Shown here: in pieces, positions 23,976 to 38,943 of the stretch | Layout: every line of letters begins with the position of its first letter | How positions within the stretch are numbered: the stretch's first letter is position 1 | Assembly: GCF_002571385.2 (NCBI RefSeq) | Contig: NW_019218159.1 | Location: 151,990 to 215,989 of the forward strand | Direction of reading: 5' to 3' | Length of the DNA stretch: 64,000 nt | DNA from: Stylophora pistillata | Lineage: Eukaryota | Notes under the pieces: generated by a model | What the model saw: only the letters and a program-made list of their open reading frames with translations | Databases searched by the model: none | What the model was told of the DNA's origin: nothing | Position numbers and translations under genes: made by a program

Positions 23976-26900
23976 CAGGCGCGTGTCAGGCCTTCCTTTC
24001 TTGTCAACGGAAAACTCTTGAATGAAAAAGACAAAAACTTGTTTATCGTAATTCGTAGTGTTCGCTTTGGAAACGCCTACCACGACCATATTGTAAATAA
24101 AGGAATGGTGATAATAGACCCTATCTTGGTTAAAAAGGCGTAAGAGATATTGATTAAAGTTGCCAAGAGGATTTTTCATTGCAAGTTGCTAAAAATTGAA
24201 AACAACTTTAGTCAGTACACCCTTGACCTCACACAGAAAAAAGCTTTTAAGAAACCCTCCCGATTTCGCGTTTCGCTAAGCCCCGATTTTAGGGCGCCCA
24301 TAAAACTGTCTCTAAAATGGTATAGAAGTGGAATGACAACAAAGAATCATTCATTCTAATAAAATGACATTTGAGTGAATAAGAATTTGAAAGAAAGGCG
24401 TTAAATTTGTAGTGTGATGCAAACGTGACTAGGCTTGCTAATTGCGGCTAAGAATTCAGTTAAGGAGTGTTTAAAAACGTGTTGCTTATTTATTTTATTT
24501 TGTATATATTTTAACATGTTTTAAGGTCTTTATCTTCAAACAATCGTTCTGGTTTTTAAGATATTGAACTGGAGCTTACGGGGTGGAATTCAGTATATTT
24601 GCCCCACTGACGTGACATCGAAAATGAAACCAACCAGATCGATTTCTATTCCTGCTGATATGACACGTTCAAGGGTTATGAATCGGAAAGCCACTTTATC
24701 GACTGGTTTCAGCTTTCCACCTTCCCTTGCAATTACATGCAGAATGTAACGATACCAAGCGTTTACAAAACAAACCCTTCGCTTGAGCAAAGAAAGTTCT
24801 AGCCCAAGTCCTGCCAACACGTTTAGTCAAAGTAACCATAACAAGATTCAAACACGCGCCCACCAATCCCTCATTAGCAATATTTGCTTCATATATTGAG
24901 CGCCTTTATTTTAGGCAAAATCTTAAATAGAGTGGTTCGTAATTCGTTTTTTTTTCTCTTTCTCAAAGGTTGTAAGAGGCGTGTTTTAGGTTCGTCTAGG
25001 ATGGGAAAATCTCTTTTTTTTTCTTCCGATCTGCGTACGGTTAACAGACGAATTCTAAATGCTCAATTTTCCAGTTGGGCGACCCAGCTGGAAAGCGGAA
25101 ATTTCCTAGAGGTTTAACAGTTGGAACAACGTCAGGAATATGCAGAAGTTTGATAAGTCATGATAGCTGAAGTGAAGTAACAAAAATTATGGAGTACTAC
25201 ACCGTGCAACCATAGGTGACCACAAGAATCAGAATTCTGATATTTCCCATAATACTTTATTTCATTGAATGTATCTTGGATTGCCTGTTTTACTGCAGGC
25301 GGTGATTATAACATTCTGGCTAAGTTCGAGCATAGTTACAAATTGTTGCCGTCGAAGTTTAATTTTTCTGGCTTAACTAAAGCTATCTTGCTTGACGCAT
25401 TCTCTCAAACAAATTTCTCGGAAATGAGTGGAAGCCAAAAGGGAGACCACCAAATTAAACATGTGAGTGAAACGAAAAAATAATAATAATAAATGGCATA
25501 ATCTCTTTTTCTCAACATTACGAACCGGCCTGACGGGAAGTTTTCAACTGACTTCGTTGTTACTAAAACTGGTAATGACGACGATTCCCCAGGAGCTTCA
25601 GTGTCGAATAGGGGAGTACAATATATGTGTAATTGGCTAGAAATTATTCGTAAGTTTAACAACACCGAAACCAATGTGCGCAGTAAAGGTCTACCCCCTG
25701 AAATCCAAAAATGCGGTCAGTGTTTCTTCCACCTGACTGCGTACTGCCAGATAGGCTTCGGTTTTAATCAATAAAACTCGTATAAACTCACTGTCGGGTT
25801 TTACGTTGTCCAAATGCACACAATTTTGGGTCATTGTACGTTGTCATGAGGCTTTCAGTAGAAGGGAGATAAATGTAATAAAGCAATAGATATTCGTATA
25901 CTAAGTTAATGTAAAACTCGTTAAAACATTCGTGCTCATCAAATTCTCGTTGTTGTTGTCGGGTACGTTTCACTTGGATAGGTTGCAAAATTAGCACGTG
26001 AAATACACAACAACTTGTCACTGGGCTGATCAGCAGATTTGGATTTCACGATAAAGTTTAAAAAAAAAAAGCTTGGCTCTGATTTCAAGTAGAAGAGGAC
26101 AGAAAACGGAATTATGGTAAGTTATCCATAAATTCGCCCCGAGGGTTAAAAAGTGGTTCAAGCAGCAGTTATCAAGAGGGAATAGTTTAAATATCAAATC
26201 TAGAATGCTGAGTTTTATAAACCGTAAATTGTAATTCTTTTATGATGTGTACCTTCATCTTATGCTATTTATATAATTTTGATCCATCGCAACAGAGTTT
26301 TGTTCTGGAACTTACAGATTGGAATTCAGTGTATGTAAACTATGATGAAATGACATTGAAATTGTCGGATGACTGTTGACTAATTTTTGCAAATCCTGTA
26401 CATAATGACATTTTTTCAAAGTTGAAGACTCAGAAAAACCTTTTTATCGGCTATTTTCGGTTTTTGACCTTTACCTTCTACATGTATGTAACATGAAACC
26501 AGCCAATGCGACCTACAAAATCATTTTATCATAGAACTAAAACGATCGAATCTAGTATTTTTTTCGATGATGCATTTTACAGTTTATGCAACCCAAAGAA
26601 GGACGAAACACACACACACACACCAGGCAATCTAATGCAATATCTGCTCCATATATTGAGCCTGTGTATTTACGCAAATTCTGGAATGCAGTGGATCCTA
26701 TGTTTTGTCACTCTGTGGTTATCATGTGGGTCTCTCAGGTTTGTTTTGAAGGAAACGACTCTTGGATGATCCACGAATGGTTTGTGTACTTAAAAAAACA
26801 ATTTTCCACTTGAACGACTGCGGGAAATTCAGTCCTAGGAATGCAAAACTGTGACGGAAAGCTGAGATGCACTTGAAGATTAAAGATCGCGGGAACAAAC

Positions 26901-27970
26901 TTAAGAATCTCGAGTACTTCTATTTTTTTAATCTATAAAAACAACAACTGACAATAAAGCACTGACCCACGTTTGGATCGAACCTTATCTGTTGTATAAC
27001 CAAGCACTTGATATTGGTGCGATATTTGCCCAAATACTTCAGATTATTGATTGTTATCAGGTACTTCTTTTTAATTACTTGTCGAACTTGTACTACACGT
27101 TCGAAAATAGCAGCTCTTACGAATATTACAACGCACAGAGTTTGAGAAATACTGCGTCAATGCGATGCTTTCATTCCCTATTTTGGCAAGATTGGAACAC
27201 TTTATTCGCTACATATAGAGCCCATTCGATTTGTCCTCCGCGATACAAGTTCAAGTTCCATTACACTGTATTTCCGTGTCCATGGTTACGTTGTAAACAT
27301 TGAGTGATTTATCCCTGGCACAACAAAAACCATTATCGTTACTTACTGTGGGAGTAAAGTAAAAGAAGTACGAGTGTATGAGTGCAAACAATGGTGGCCA
27401 AATTTAGAATAGAAAGGGGAAAATTTTTTTGCAAACGTTTCATTGAGGCTATCCAAAGACGTCAGAGATTGGAAGGAAAGGGACCGTTCGTCAGTGCGTC
27501 GCACATTATTGTGTCTTCACGCCATTGTCGCTTCCCACAATTACAGAACTTCTGCTGACTGTTCAAAGATTTTTAGTATAAATCTATATATAATAAATAT
27601 ATAATATAATATAATAATAAATAAATAATAATAATAAATATACAATAATAATAAATATATAATATAATATAATAATATAATAAAGAAGAGTATAAATCAA
27701 GATGCCTATGTATTTGCTAGAGAGGTTACAGACAAACCCTCACTTTCAGGATACACCTTGACAAATTTCGTCACCGGAGATAAAAAACAACTCAACTGAG
27801 AGAGTGTTTCGTCGCAAAGCTGAATAGTCACGTGATAATTTCCCACAAAACGAAGGCAGCATCAGCAACAAGAATGTAGCGATACAAAAGATTTAATGAG
27901 CAGAAAAATAGCTCAGCGCGAGCTTTTCACCCTGTTTCGTACATTTCTTGGCCGTTCTATTAAAAAACAA

Positions 27971-28303
27971 TAGGGAACTTAAGAAAAACCACGACGGCAA
28001 AGGCAACAGGAACGCCACTAAACAAATGGTTTAATGGAGAGAACAATGGCTGTGCACGCGGGTCATAAATCTTTGTAAATTTTTTTGGCGTATTCTGCAA
28101 ACATGAAAGCAATAACGTGAAATGACCAACCTTTCCGTTGTCTGGGGAACGTGAACGGCGACGGCTAATTTTTTAAATTTCTATCTAAAATTTAACGCTG
28201 TGTTCCATATTCAGGGTATCGCAAGATTCGTGGACAAAATGGAAGTTCGTGTTTTAACCGACGTTGTCCATGGCGTTACCGTGGTCGTTTCTTAAACTCC
28301 CTA
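27971..28303. mobile_element. MITE with TAGGGA termini
   Basis: Imperfect TIRs TAGGGAACTTAAGAAA / TTTCTTAAACTCCCTA. Confidence 0.6.
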
Positions 28304-31300
28304 ATAACGTGAAATCAAAAAAGTCTGCGAACTCTGATAATAGAAGCCTGAATGAAAATTCTGTCTTTGCTGCATTTCCACGTTAGGCTGATGGAATGGC
28401 CGATACGGTATGCCATATGATATGGCTGATACGGTAACTACCTCGAGCCTCTTGCGAAATTATTGAGGGAAATGGAAGATCTTCGTGACATCTTGCACTG
28501 CCTCTTGTTACGTTCTCTACACGACATAAACTAGTTATTATCATGGTTATTGTTCCTCCAAGTCTCCTTCTGCATAATTTAGCCTATGAAAATGATTAGA
28601 GAGCAATTTCACATCAATGCGAAGAAAATCGTGCTGAATTTCACCTCCGATCGGTAATGACGTGTTGTGTCTTTCTAAACAATGAGATGTAAAACTAAAT
28701 CAAGCACGGATTTTTCACTCTCGTTTTCTGCTCCTTGGGCAGTTTGTTTCTACTTAAGTTTGAGTTCTCGTTAGCTTATAATGATCTTTTCTTTCGTTCT
28801 GTGAGGTCGTTGTGATAACTTCGGTTTTATATAAGGATCAGCCAAGTCATTACGACTATTAAGAATTTTACCTCACACGGTGTTCTAACGTCATTTACCT
28901 CCGTTTCCCAACGAGTCATTAACTGAGGATGTTCACGATGACGAAGCCTGCGACAAAGTCGACTGAAAATAAAATTACTCTCTACCTTGAAATTTCAAGA
29001 ACACTACAATTTGTTTTCAAGAGACTTTTTGCTACAGTTGCCCCGTCATCTTCAGTTTAAATAAACGTAAAGCACATAGTTTAATTTAAAACATTATACA
29101 GAACAGATGCTAATTGGTACAACCACAAAAAGAAAACGCGTGGCAATAAATGGTTACAAAGCGGAAAGTCTTAAATTAGCATGATACAGTTCATACGGAT
29201 TCAATGTAGGTTTGCTACCATTGAATATCTAAAGCTAGATTCTTTGGTAACCGTCTTGAAATTGTTTCTTTCAAGTTGATAGATGATTTCCGAGTGTCCT
29301 ATGTCAATGAAACCAACGTATCATTTACGCCATCGATTCTCGGGAATATGACGAAATTTAATGAGACACGTATTTCATAACTAGCTAATACTTCAGCGCG
29401 TGATTCAGAACATGACTTAAAAATGACATATATTTAAAAAAATCAAGTACCAATTTTAGTCAACTCTGGCGATAGTCACCAGAGCAAACTAGCCAGTTTG
29501 TTTTATTAACTATGCTCTGACGAGGTATTCTATCTTAGGATTTTCTCCATATCACTGGTAATTTACATCAGTATTATCAGAATTACAACCCTTCTAATTT
29601 GCCAAACGCATTGCAAAAAATCAGTCATTTCGTGAAGTATGAAAAAAGTCTCGAAAATTTTTGGTTCTGAGCAATGGACGATACGCGTCATTTTCGGGTC
29701 CTCTGCTATAAAAGACAACTAGGTTCATTACCTGGTGGTCAAAAAAAAAATTGAATACGTTTCACTGATGGAAATTTTGTTTCTCAAATGTCGTCATACC
29801 TTTGATTAAGAAGTGGCAGGCCTTTCTGTGGTCCAAATTTGACTGTCGTCATATATACTCGTGTTTAACATATTGAGTCATCGCTTCACGGTAGTCCCTT
29901 TTTTGTTTACCTCTTGCTATGATTTCAGAACAAATTGGACCCCACTCGGTCCAATTATAGTCGTCCTTTACGATGATATTGCGGAATAGGAGACCCTGGT
30001 TTCCTTCTATCAACTGCCACTACTTATTGAACACCTTGTCGCGTCGACACATCAAATATATATAACTATGAATAAACTTAGCATTTATTACTTGTCATTG
30101 CTACGATCATATCCTAACTGCGTGATGGCGTTGTGCCACTCTAGATATTGCAGTCGTTCCGTGCAGTAAGTCACAAAATTTTGCGTTACTTTGTTCCTCT
30201 CAGTTCCATGGCGTTACAATATCTTGACATTAAGTTTTCGTTGCGTTACAAAATAACGGTGCTTTGCAGTTTTTTGCAACCACAGTGATATTTTCAGAGT
30301 GTATTTCTTAATCATGATGCAAGTTTTTCGTTTGATAATTTTTAGGTCTACTCTTCCAAACAGTGCAGCCAATTTATTGGAAAAGATTGTTGAAAACTGC
30401 ATAATTTAGCAAACACGTGTTTCGTAAAGTTTCAATTCGCTTTTTGAGTTTTGGTACGTCCTGAAGGGATGAAAACAATATTTAAGTCTAAATAAAGGTA
30501 TCCTTTAAAAGTAAAAGTACTTACTCGTCCCTACCCTCTGTTTCAAGCCGAAAACATTTCCACATGCTGAGTTAACTCTCGCACATCGCTGCAGTCTTTT
30601 GCAGCCATCTTGAATTTATGATGTGTGTGAGAAGCCTGGAACTAATGAATGGGAATGGGGGGGAGACATAGCAGGGACGACGCAGGCGGGGTGGAGGGTG
30701 GGGAACGAATCTATCTATTTCTTCCAAATCCAATTAATGTATACAGAGTAAATGATGGAGACGCTGTTGGGCAAATAAAATAAGAACATCAAGAACGTTA
30801 AATCAAGTAATATCAATTTTGAGGTATTTCTATACATTTTATAATGGGCACTCCATAGCATCTCGTTTCATGAAAAACTAGCTGTGAAACGTAACGGAGG
30901 GCGCAAACAGTTTCGATATGAAGCTCTCATAGATGTCTCTTACCCACCCCCTAGATACACACTTTGTTATTTTCATTCAGCTCCAATATTCAACAATCTA
31001 GAAAATCGGAAAAAATGACTAGACTACTAAAAAGGATAAGAGCAATTTTTTTTTTTACAAAAACTGAAACAAGATGTGAGGGTGGCTCCCCATGTATCAG
31101 GTCTACTTCTGAGTAAAGTTCGACGCCAAATCTTGATCGAGATCTAAGGTTTATAGACATTTCTACAAAAGTCTATCGTTTCGTAACATATGCCTTGCCA
31201 TAGTAAAAGTAGATAAATCTAAGATAGTGGTTTCGTAACATGCACACATTTGCTTCTATGATTTAACTTTCCTTTGACCCTTTGACTCCCAGTAGTGATC

Positions 31301-31794
31301 AACATCTAACTTCTCCCTATAATATCTATAGATTATCCCGCAAACAGGTAATGAAAATACTCAAAATTAACGGTTAGAGGTCGCTATGCTGATCCAACAC
31401 GAAAATCTCCTAAGTAATTTACAAGCAAAATCTGTGGCACTTAGAGGATCTTGCAGATCTTGGCAATTTCAGGGTTGAGTTAAAACAGTTTCAAAAGCCC
31501 TTCTTAAAATACTTAGAAACCGGCACTGTTTTTCACAGTCAGTGGACACACCTGTGTTTAAACATTAAATGTTAATTTTTTCTAAAGTAAGTTCTTTCAT
31601 TTTACATTTTTCGATTGGCGACCCTTTCAAATCACGGTCTTGGCTTTTCAGTAAATATTCAATTTAGAGGAAATGAGCGCTTTTAATTGTCCACCAGAAT
31701 CCCCTCGCGACGTTTTGGCTACCCAGATTCAACGAGTTTGTACAAGTACTATCCCTGTCTTATCTCAATGTCAGTCGTAATACATCTGTCACTG

Positions 31795-33165
31795 TTAAGT
31801 ATCGGCGCCTGATTTCATCTTTGTATCTTCCCGCGCCCACCACTCCACCCACCAGACTCGTCCCAGCATAACGTTTCTCTTTCGGCCAGGATGCGCCGCG
31901 CTGGCCGGGGTCGAGCGATAGGACGGTAACGCTTCAAAATTCTTTGGGAAAGGCGTCTCATGACGTACTTCTTTCACATAAAAGCTTGAAAACGGCCACC
32001 GAAGGTCCTGTGCTTTGTTTTCGTCCAAATTTGAGGCCAGGTTATCTTCTCGGTGGCTTTCCGTCGGAGGATTTCTGGTATCTTCCGATTGATTAACGAT
32101 TGGGTCTTGTATGGAACCGATCTTACCTTCATCGGGCATGAAACATTTATAAACGGTACGATATTCGTTTGTGTTGGATGAATCTCCGTTTGGATGAATT
32201 ATAAGCCCACCGTCCATAAGTTCTTGAATCTCAGGGTCCACATCTCGTGCCATCTCAAAGCTGCCAGCCCCACTGGAGCCATCATCGTCATTACTTTCGT
32301 CGCTGGATTCCGAAGAAGAACCGTCGCCATTCGGCGGTCGTTCGTTTCCCGTACCCTTCATGGATCCGTTGTCGGAATCGGCTAGCTCATCTGATCGTTC
32401 TCGCTTTATTTTTCTCATTGCCTTACGAACGGCATTTTTTAATGCTTTTTCCGAATTGTTGCTTCCGTGTCCGTCCGATTCGCTGTCACTTCCGTTGTCG
32501 CGTCTACAGATTTTCCTGATATGCGCCTCAAAATCAAACTCGTCTTCGGTTTCTTCTTCCGATGATTCTTCGTCAGACAAAATGGGGGACTCAGTCTCCA
32601 AGTTTTCACCTATGGAACTCCCAGAGTCGCTACTAGCCTCTTTGTACTGTTGCAAAATGGAAGCCACAACCTTCTTCAAATGAGCGCTTGTTTCAGTGTC
32701 CATCGGATCTACATGACGCTCTTCTTCCTTAGCAGCCTGTTTCCTGCTCTGAGCAAGCTTATCCTCCTTTATTTCTACCTGAATCTGCTGCATGTTCATT
32801 GAGGGATTCCTGAAACTAGCAAGGAGCCGAACGGTTTGTTCTTGTAAGGAGATGGAGTCCCACACTTCACTGTCAACGTCCAGCAACCCTACAGAGCTTG
32901 TCAAACCATTCTCGTGTGCTTCGAACGCAGAACGAGTTCCAACCGAGCTCTGTCTCGACAACTGGTGGCTCCTAGTATCGTCAGATCCTCCAGGGGAGGC
33001 TATACTGCAAGCAGAACCGATGCTCCCCCTGGGATAGGAGTTGTAAGATCCCGCGCGATTTCTTGGACTGTTTTTACCCGCTGATGATTCATTTTCATCC
33101 GAACTCACCATGTAAGCTCCTTCTTTGCCTTTGCTCCAGAAACGTTTGCGTCTAAAAATGGACAT
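31795..33165 (-). CDS. Uncharacterised 456-aa acidic, largely disordered protein with uninterrupted CDS
   Basis: 1371-nt ATG ORF, more GC-rich than its flanks. Upstream acceptor TTGTTCTCTTTCAG| at 33265 suggests a 5'-UTR intron. No TM segment; LPSY and a Trp-rich motif near the C-terminus. Confidence 0.8.
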   Translation of the reverse strand: MSIFRRKRFWSKGKEGAYMVSSDENESSAGKNSPRNRAGSYNSYPRGSIGSACSIASPGGSDDTRSHQLSRQSSVGTRSAFEAHENGLTSSVGLLDVDSEVWDSISLQEQTVRLLASFRNPSMNMQQIQVEIKEDKLAQSRKQAAKEEERHVDPMDTETSAHLKKVVASILQQYKEASSDSGSSIGENLETESPILSDEESSEEETEDEFDFEAHIRKICRRDNGSDSESDGHGSNNSEKALKNAVRKAMRKIKRERSDELADSDNGSMKGTGNERPPNGDGSSSESSDESNDDDGSSGAGSFEMARDVDPEIQELMDGGLIIHPNGDSSNTNEYRTVYKCFMPDEGKIGSIQDPIVNQSEDTRNPPTESHREDNLASNLDENKAQDLRWPFSSFYVKEVRHETPFPKNFEALPSYRSTPASAAHPGRKRNVMLGRVWWVEWWAREDTKMKSGADT

Positions 33166-36100
33166 GATTGTAATCAGAGGTAAATCTTGGCATATTTCTG
33201 GTAAACAAAGTTGAGCTCAAACAGTGCAGATTGCTGCAAACAACCGCGCACGAGTACAATCTTTCTGAAAGAGAACAAACGTTCGCAATTAGTTGAATTC
33301 TCTTCACTCTCTGAGAGAACGAAAAACAATTATGCTGCTTTTAACGCAAGCTGAGCGTCAAAAAAACGTGAGAGGTTTAACTGAGAAACAGGTGTTGATA
33401 AAGCAATTACTTCATCGAATTACCATGATAACAGTACTCAAGTTCGTTTTTTTCCCGGCTTTTCTTTTCTTTTTTTCTCTCTTTAATAAAAGATACGGAT
33501 AAATACGAAAACATCATTTATCACGCTGTTGATTTCAGATTTCTCGGTCTTTTGTCTTATTTCATTATTTGTTACTCTTATTTTTGTTTCTTTGCGACAA
33601 CAATACATTAACCAGCCGAAAAGTTAGACTTCCTGTCGTCACAAAGTGAAACGTTCCCTAAATTGGCAAGTTTTAATTTCCTCTTTCGTTTTTTCGAGTT
33701 AAACGCGCCAAATCTCGTAGAGTCTGCAAAGGAGAGAATGTTTTTTAGGTGTTACTCTTTCAGGTAAGACTGATTACAAGATAAACGTTAGATCCGTAGC
33801 TTTAACCGCATCGACTTAAAGACGGAGAATTTTTGGTTTAGACGTCATGGTTCTATGAAGCATGTACAACTTATAATATTGGATTGATGCGCAGGAGCTA
33901 ACTAAGTGAAAACTTTTGTCTGAGAATCACCCGTTTTCACACCGCTAGCAGAATCTAGAAAAATTTAAGGCCTCTTACCAAAAGAGAGGTCGAAAACTTC
34001 CGCAAAAAGCCTTAAAATCAACTGATGAGAGATGTCGGAGGCAATTAAACAATCTAAAATTACCTACACGTTATTAAAAGGAAACTAACCACAGTCACGA
34101 ATTTTTAAAAGCTAGCGCTTATTATGTACATTTTTAAAAGTCCTTTGTAAAGCTAAAAGAACCGACGAAAAGCTTAACATTTAAAGCAGTATGTAAGGTA
34201 AAAGAGAAGAAATTTTGATTCAAACAAATGCACTCTCCCCCTCGAATTAATTCGACTAGGTAAAAAAAAACTTTAAAAACACGAAGGTGCAATAAAATGC
34301 AATATATATATATATATATATATGAACCATATGTATATATGTTTGTCGTTATTGAGGAGAAACCAGATTTTAATCTGGCTTTCACAAGGGACTTTTAAAC
34401 TCTTTAACTCTCAAGAATGATCAAGACGGGATTTCTCCTTACAATATCAATATAATATTAAACAGACAAATCATGAGAATAGAGAAAAATTTCAACAGGT
34501 TACTTTTTGTTGATCCCAATGCCAATTCTCGGGACTAACATCATAAGAATTGTATGGCAGACAGAGAGGAGAAGTAAAGGAGAGATAGAAATGGCAAATA
34601 AATTTGAATTTGAAGTGAATTCTTGTTATGGGGGGGGGGGCGGGGATATTTTAGTAATCTTCATAGATCTTGCTGATCGCGCTTTGCATTCGAATTAATT
34701 TTCTTCCCTCTGTTATTGATACACTACGCAAACAAGCCATTAGGTTATTGCCGTAGGCATGGTTCAAAGTAATGGGTCATTAAAGTCGGATGGAGTTTTG
34801 CGCGATTGTCAACTGAGTGAGATGCATCAAAATTGCCGGCCATAATTTCATTTTAGCCGTAAGGCAGTAATTCTTCATCAACACCTAAAGGTAGCTAGGA
34901 CAATATTGTGGTAGCAGATACATTAATTGGTGTCTTTGTCATCGTTATGAAAATTATTTTCGGCTTCTAGAAACATCAAAACGTTGATCATCTTTGTACC
35001 GGATAATCCATGTAACATACAACGGCTTCGGAACCGAAAGGAGTTTGACTCCAAAATGAGGACAACAAGAAAAGAACCCCATGGTTAAGTGAACAGAAAG
35101 TGAAGCTCACGTGTCGCTTGAAATCTGTCCTTTGTACGTTGCAGATAGAGTGAATCGGATATATAAAAAGAATGATCCTTGATTTGTGGATGATTGTTGA
35201 CGAATCGAAACTTGTTGTTAAACAGCAATTTAAAATATTTCAGAAAGTAACCCACAGTTAAAGAATTCAGGCTTTGAACTGGCCTGTACCTGCGTCTTTT
35301 AGATACTCGTTCAGAGCTACTGCTAACTGAACCACAAAGCCTCATGTTGGGTTCGAGGCAACATGTAATTGGATTTTTTTGTTACCCGTTTTATCACACG
35401 TTAGATTTATACCATTGATTGCGTTACCAGCGACCGAGCTTTGAAGTTAAATCACAGCCATTAGGATTAGGCAAGTTATAATGCCTGGTCGAATCTTAAG
35501 TTCTTCTTTTACCATGCAGACACACCACACACACATATCGCACACACATCGCGTTCACATCGCACACACTTACACTTTGCATACGGTAAGAGCGGAGCAA
35601 CGCAGAAAGAAAAGTTATCACTAATCAACACGTCTCTTACTCGTCAGACAGAATTTGTTATTTCTGGCGGGCACATAACATTGTACATTATATACAGAGC
35701 CGACAAAAGAAGACAAAAAAACACACAAAAATTATGGTTTTTCAATACAGCAAACAAACTACCAATAAGCCCGTAAACTAAGTTGGAAGCAGTTCAAGAC
35801 AACATTCATTAACTGTGCAAACCACGAAACAAAAAGGATAAATGTACTTTGCACGTTGACGATACTTCATGCTCTCGTTCATTATTGGCGAATTCTTAAC
35901 ATAGGCTATATGTTTATTTGTACCTTTTCATTTGTTCAGATCTTTTCTCTGTGGCAGTGCTGGCCAAACTATTGAAATCAACTCTGATAGAATTTAAATT
36001 ACGAAGGCTTAAATTTTAATTTTTGAAGCGACGAGCCTTAGTTAGAAATATGATCAGAAGCTTGATGCATTACACCTGTCTCAAATAGTTAGCAATTTTA

Positions 36101-38943
36101 CACCCCCTTTCAAGATGACTGGAAGCTTTTCCGAATTTAGTCAGTTCAAACTAAATTTGTTGCATAGCCAGCCCCATTGCATAGAATTATTGATCGAACG
36201 CTCGAAAAGTAGAACTCGACCATAAATGTTCGACTATGTATGAAAATATGATACGAAATTCCATACAAAATAATTTGTAGAAATTTTACTTCGACTTTTG
36301 GTGCCTCTGGCCCTTAAGCTTGAGTTTTTTGTGAAGTTTTTTAGAACGTAATAATTTTGTTTAACTGCAGCAAAATCAGCCATGTTTTCACTAATTTAAA
36401 ACATTGAGGCTTCCTGCATCGATAATACAATATATTGGAAGATGGCTTCGCACCAGAACTGCTGGCCTGTTATCATGTAAAACTTTAAAATTTGTAGAGA
36501 TACTTAAAATTAGTTGTTTAAACAGCTATACTTCGAGACTCTTTTATGCACACTTACATGCAATATTGAGGCTCTGAAACACCGAACACTTCTAGTCTCT
36601 GATTTCCAGGTCAATTCCTTTTCAGCCAGCTCGGTTGCGAAATTAACAGTCGAGCGTATTCTTTTTTGAATAAAATTTGTAATGGATCTCACCTGTCACT
36701 TTATGCAAAGGCGACGTCGTTGCCATGGAAAAGACTCTAGTCCGCAGGTGTATTACTTGGTTTTGGACTCTTTCAATTATGTGAACAAAGCTCTTCTCCT
36801 TCGCTAATACTTTCCTTGACACAATATACATTATCACAAACAGAAGACAAACGTGCTTAAAAACATTTGTTATATTTACTGACTTATACAAATTAAGCTA
36901 TGCAACTACTGGCTCATCTAAAACTTCCCTGCTTCCATATAGATTAAGCCAGCCGAAAAATGAAAGAAATACGAAGGCCAAGAAAATTTTTTTTTATTAT
37001 TATTATTTTTTTCTGGCAAGGACTCTTTTGGCCTTCATAAAGCAAAATGAGATTTTAAAGAACAAAAACAAACCAATAAATCGAAAACAGCGTCATGTCA
37101 TCATCTCCGTTATTTCCTATTTTGGAAAAGGGGAAAAATCACAGATAAATATAGAAATAAATAATTTTAAGTGCAAGCAGTAGCATTAATTTGTTTTAAA
37201 TCAATGATCTACTGACGTATTTACTTTTCAGGACAATTCTAGAAACGACAAACACATTACCGAATGGTCACTAAGAATAGAGACCTGTATGTTTAGAAAT
37301 CACCTATGTGTCCCGTGTTTGAAACACGTATGTTTTGAAGAATACGATTTTTAACCTTTGAAGTTGGTTTAATTCTTCCAATTTATAAATATATGTATAC
37401 ATCTATATATGTATGTATGTATAATTTTTTTTATTGTTTTTTTCTTTCTTCTGGTGCGAGTTTTGTCAATCAGTACCACAATTCAATTTTTTTTTTCAGT
37501 TGGTGTACCTAAAAGACTATGAGGATCTCGTCTGTGAGTACGAATCATAAATTAAGATTGCTTTGACACTTTTGATGTTTATATAAAAAGTTTGCCAATT
37601 TTGGCTGTGATATTTTTTATTTGCTTTACCTCTCGACTCATTATCAATAATCAATCTTCCACGATGCCTCTACAAACTGAATAAAACTTTCACTGCGCAC
37701 TGTGACGTAGTGTTATAATAATAAAAAAAAAAACACCTACTCCCAGTGGTTTGCGTCACGTCAAAAATACCTTTCCCCACCCCCCTGAGCTTTAATAGTC
37801 ATCACCGACAATCAGCCGATCGCAACTGACTGAACGCCTGAACGAAATGAACTCCAGAAGCCTTTCTCTCTTCTGAAAATAAAACCATAGCAACGACCAC
37901 TAGTTTGACAAGGGAATTAAATCAGTATTGGTAAAACCAATTCAGTCATTCATTCAACGAACTATAAATCTTGTTTTTTTTTTAAGAAAACAGCTTTCCT
38001 AAGTCAGGGATGATACAACATAATTTGTCTACTTAACGTAAACAGTCCAAAATTATAAATTATTTTTATTTACAGGTATAGGGCAGTAGTCGTTTGACGA
38101 TGATTCAAAATCTTTATATATAATCTTTTCTTGAAAGAATTGCTTTCTTAAAAAATATGTTTTAAAAAACAAATATCACATCATGGAGGGTTTCACGGAC
38201 ATACTTGCCTCCAGTTCCTTCCTTGGTTTGTTTCATCTTTCCGGTGGATCTGTTATCGAAATTGCTAAGATCACTATAGAAAATGGATGCAACGATATCA
38301 AGAGACCATAGTCTCTTGGACGATATTTGTTTGCATTTGGTCGTAAGGTTTGGCAAAAGCATATTAAAAGCTTTTAACATGGAAAAAAATACGTCGTTTA
38401 CACCACAAGAATTGATTTTTTCCAATCCTTTTTTCCCTTGTTTTAGCTCATAATTTTTTTTTATCCGGCGTTTTCAATGTTGCAAACATGGAACTGATCA
38501 ACACTGATCAACAAACATGGTTCGTCAGTGCCATAGTTTTGGCGCCCCCCCTACAATAATCGCTAATCAGACGCTACTCTCAAGCGCACTTCTTGCCAAA
38601 CAAAGAGAGTTAGCTGTTGCGTGTGCTTCATATTATATTCATTCTGTGAATGATATTCGTCAGTCTGTAGAACTGCAATAGCTGAGGAGTCGCGCTTTTT
38701 TGATGCTCTTGTGTGATTTTGACCTCCTCGATCCCAGCAGTGACTAGATGTGAATATCAAGACATTTTCACACAGAAAAAAGATAAGAAGAAATAGCAAT
38801 ATCAATTGAGAGCTTGAAATCGGAGTTGAAATTAGGGGAAATGTATCGTTGACAAAGCGGAGAATTCATTTTAATTTTTCTTTTTTTGGAGGGGGGGAGG
38901 GAGAGAGGGGGTGTGGTATTCTAATGCAAAAATGCACTAGGAT

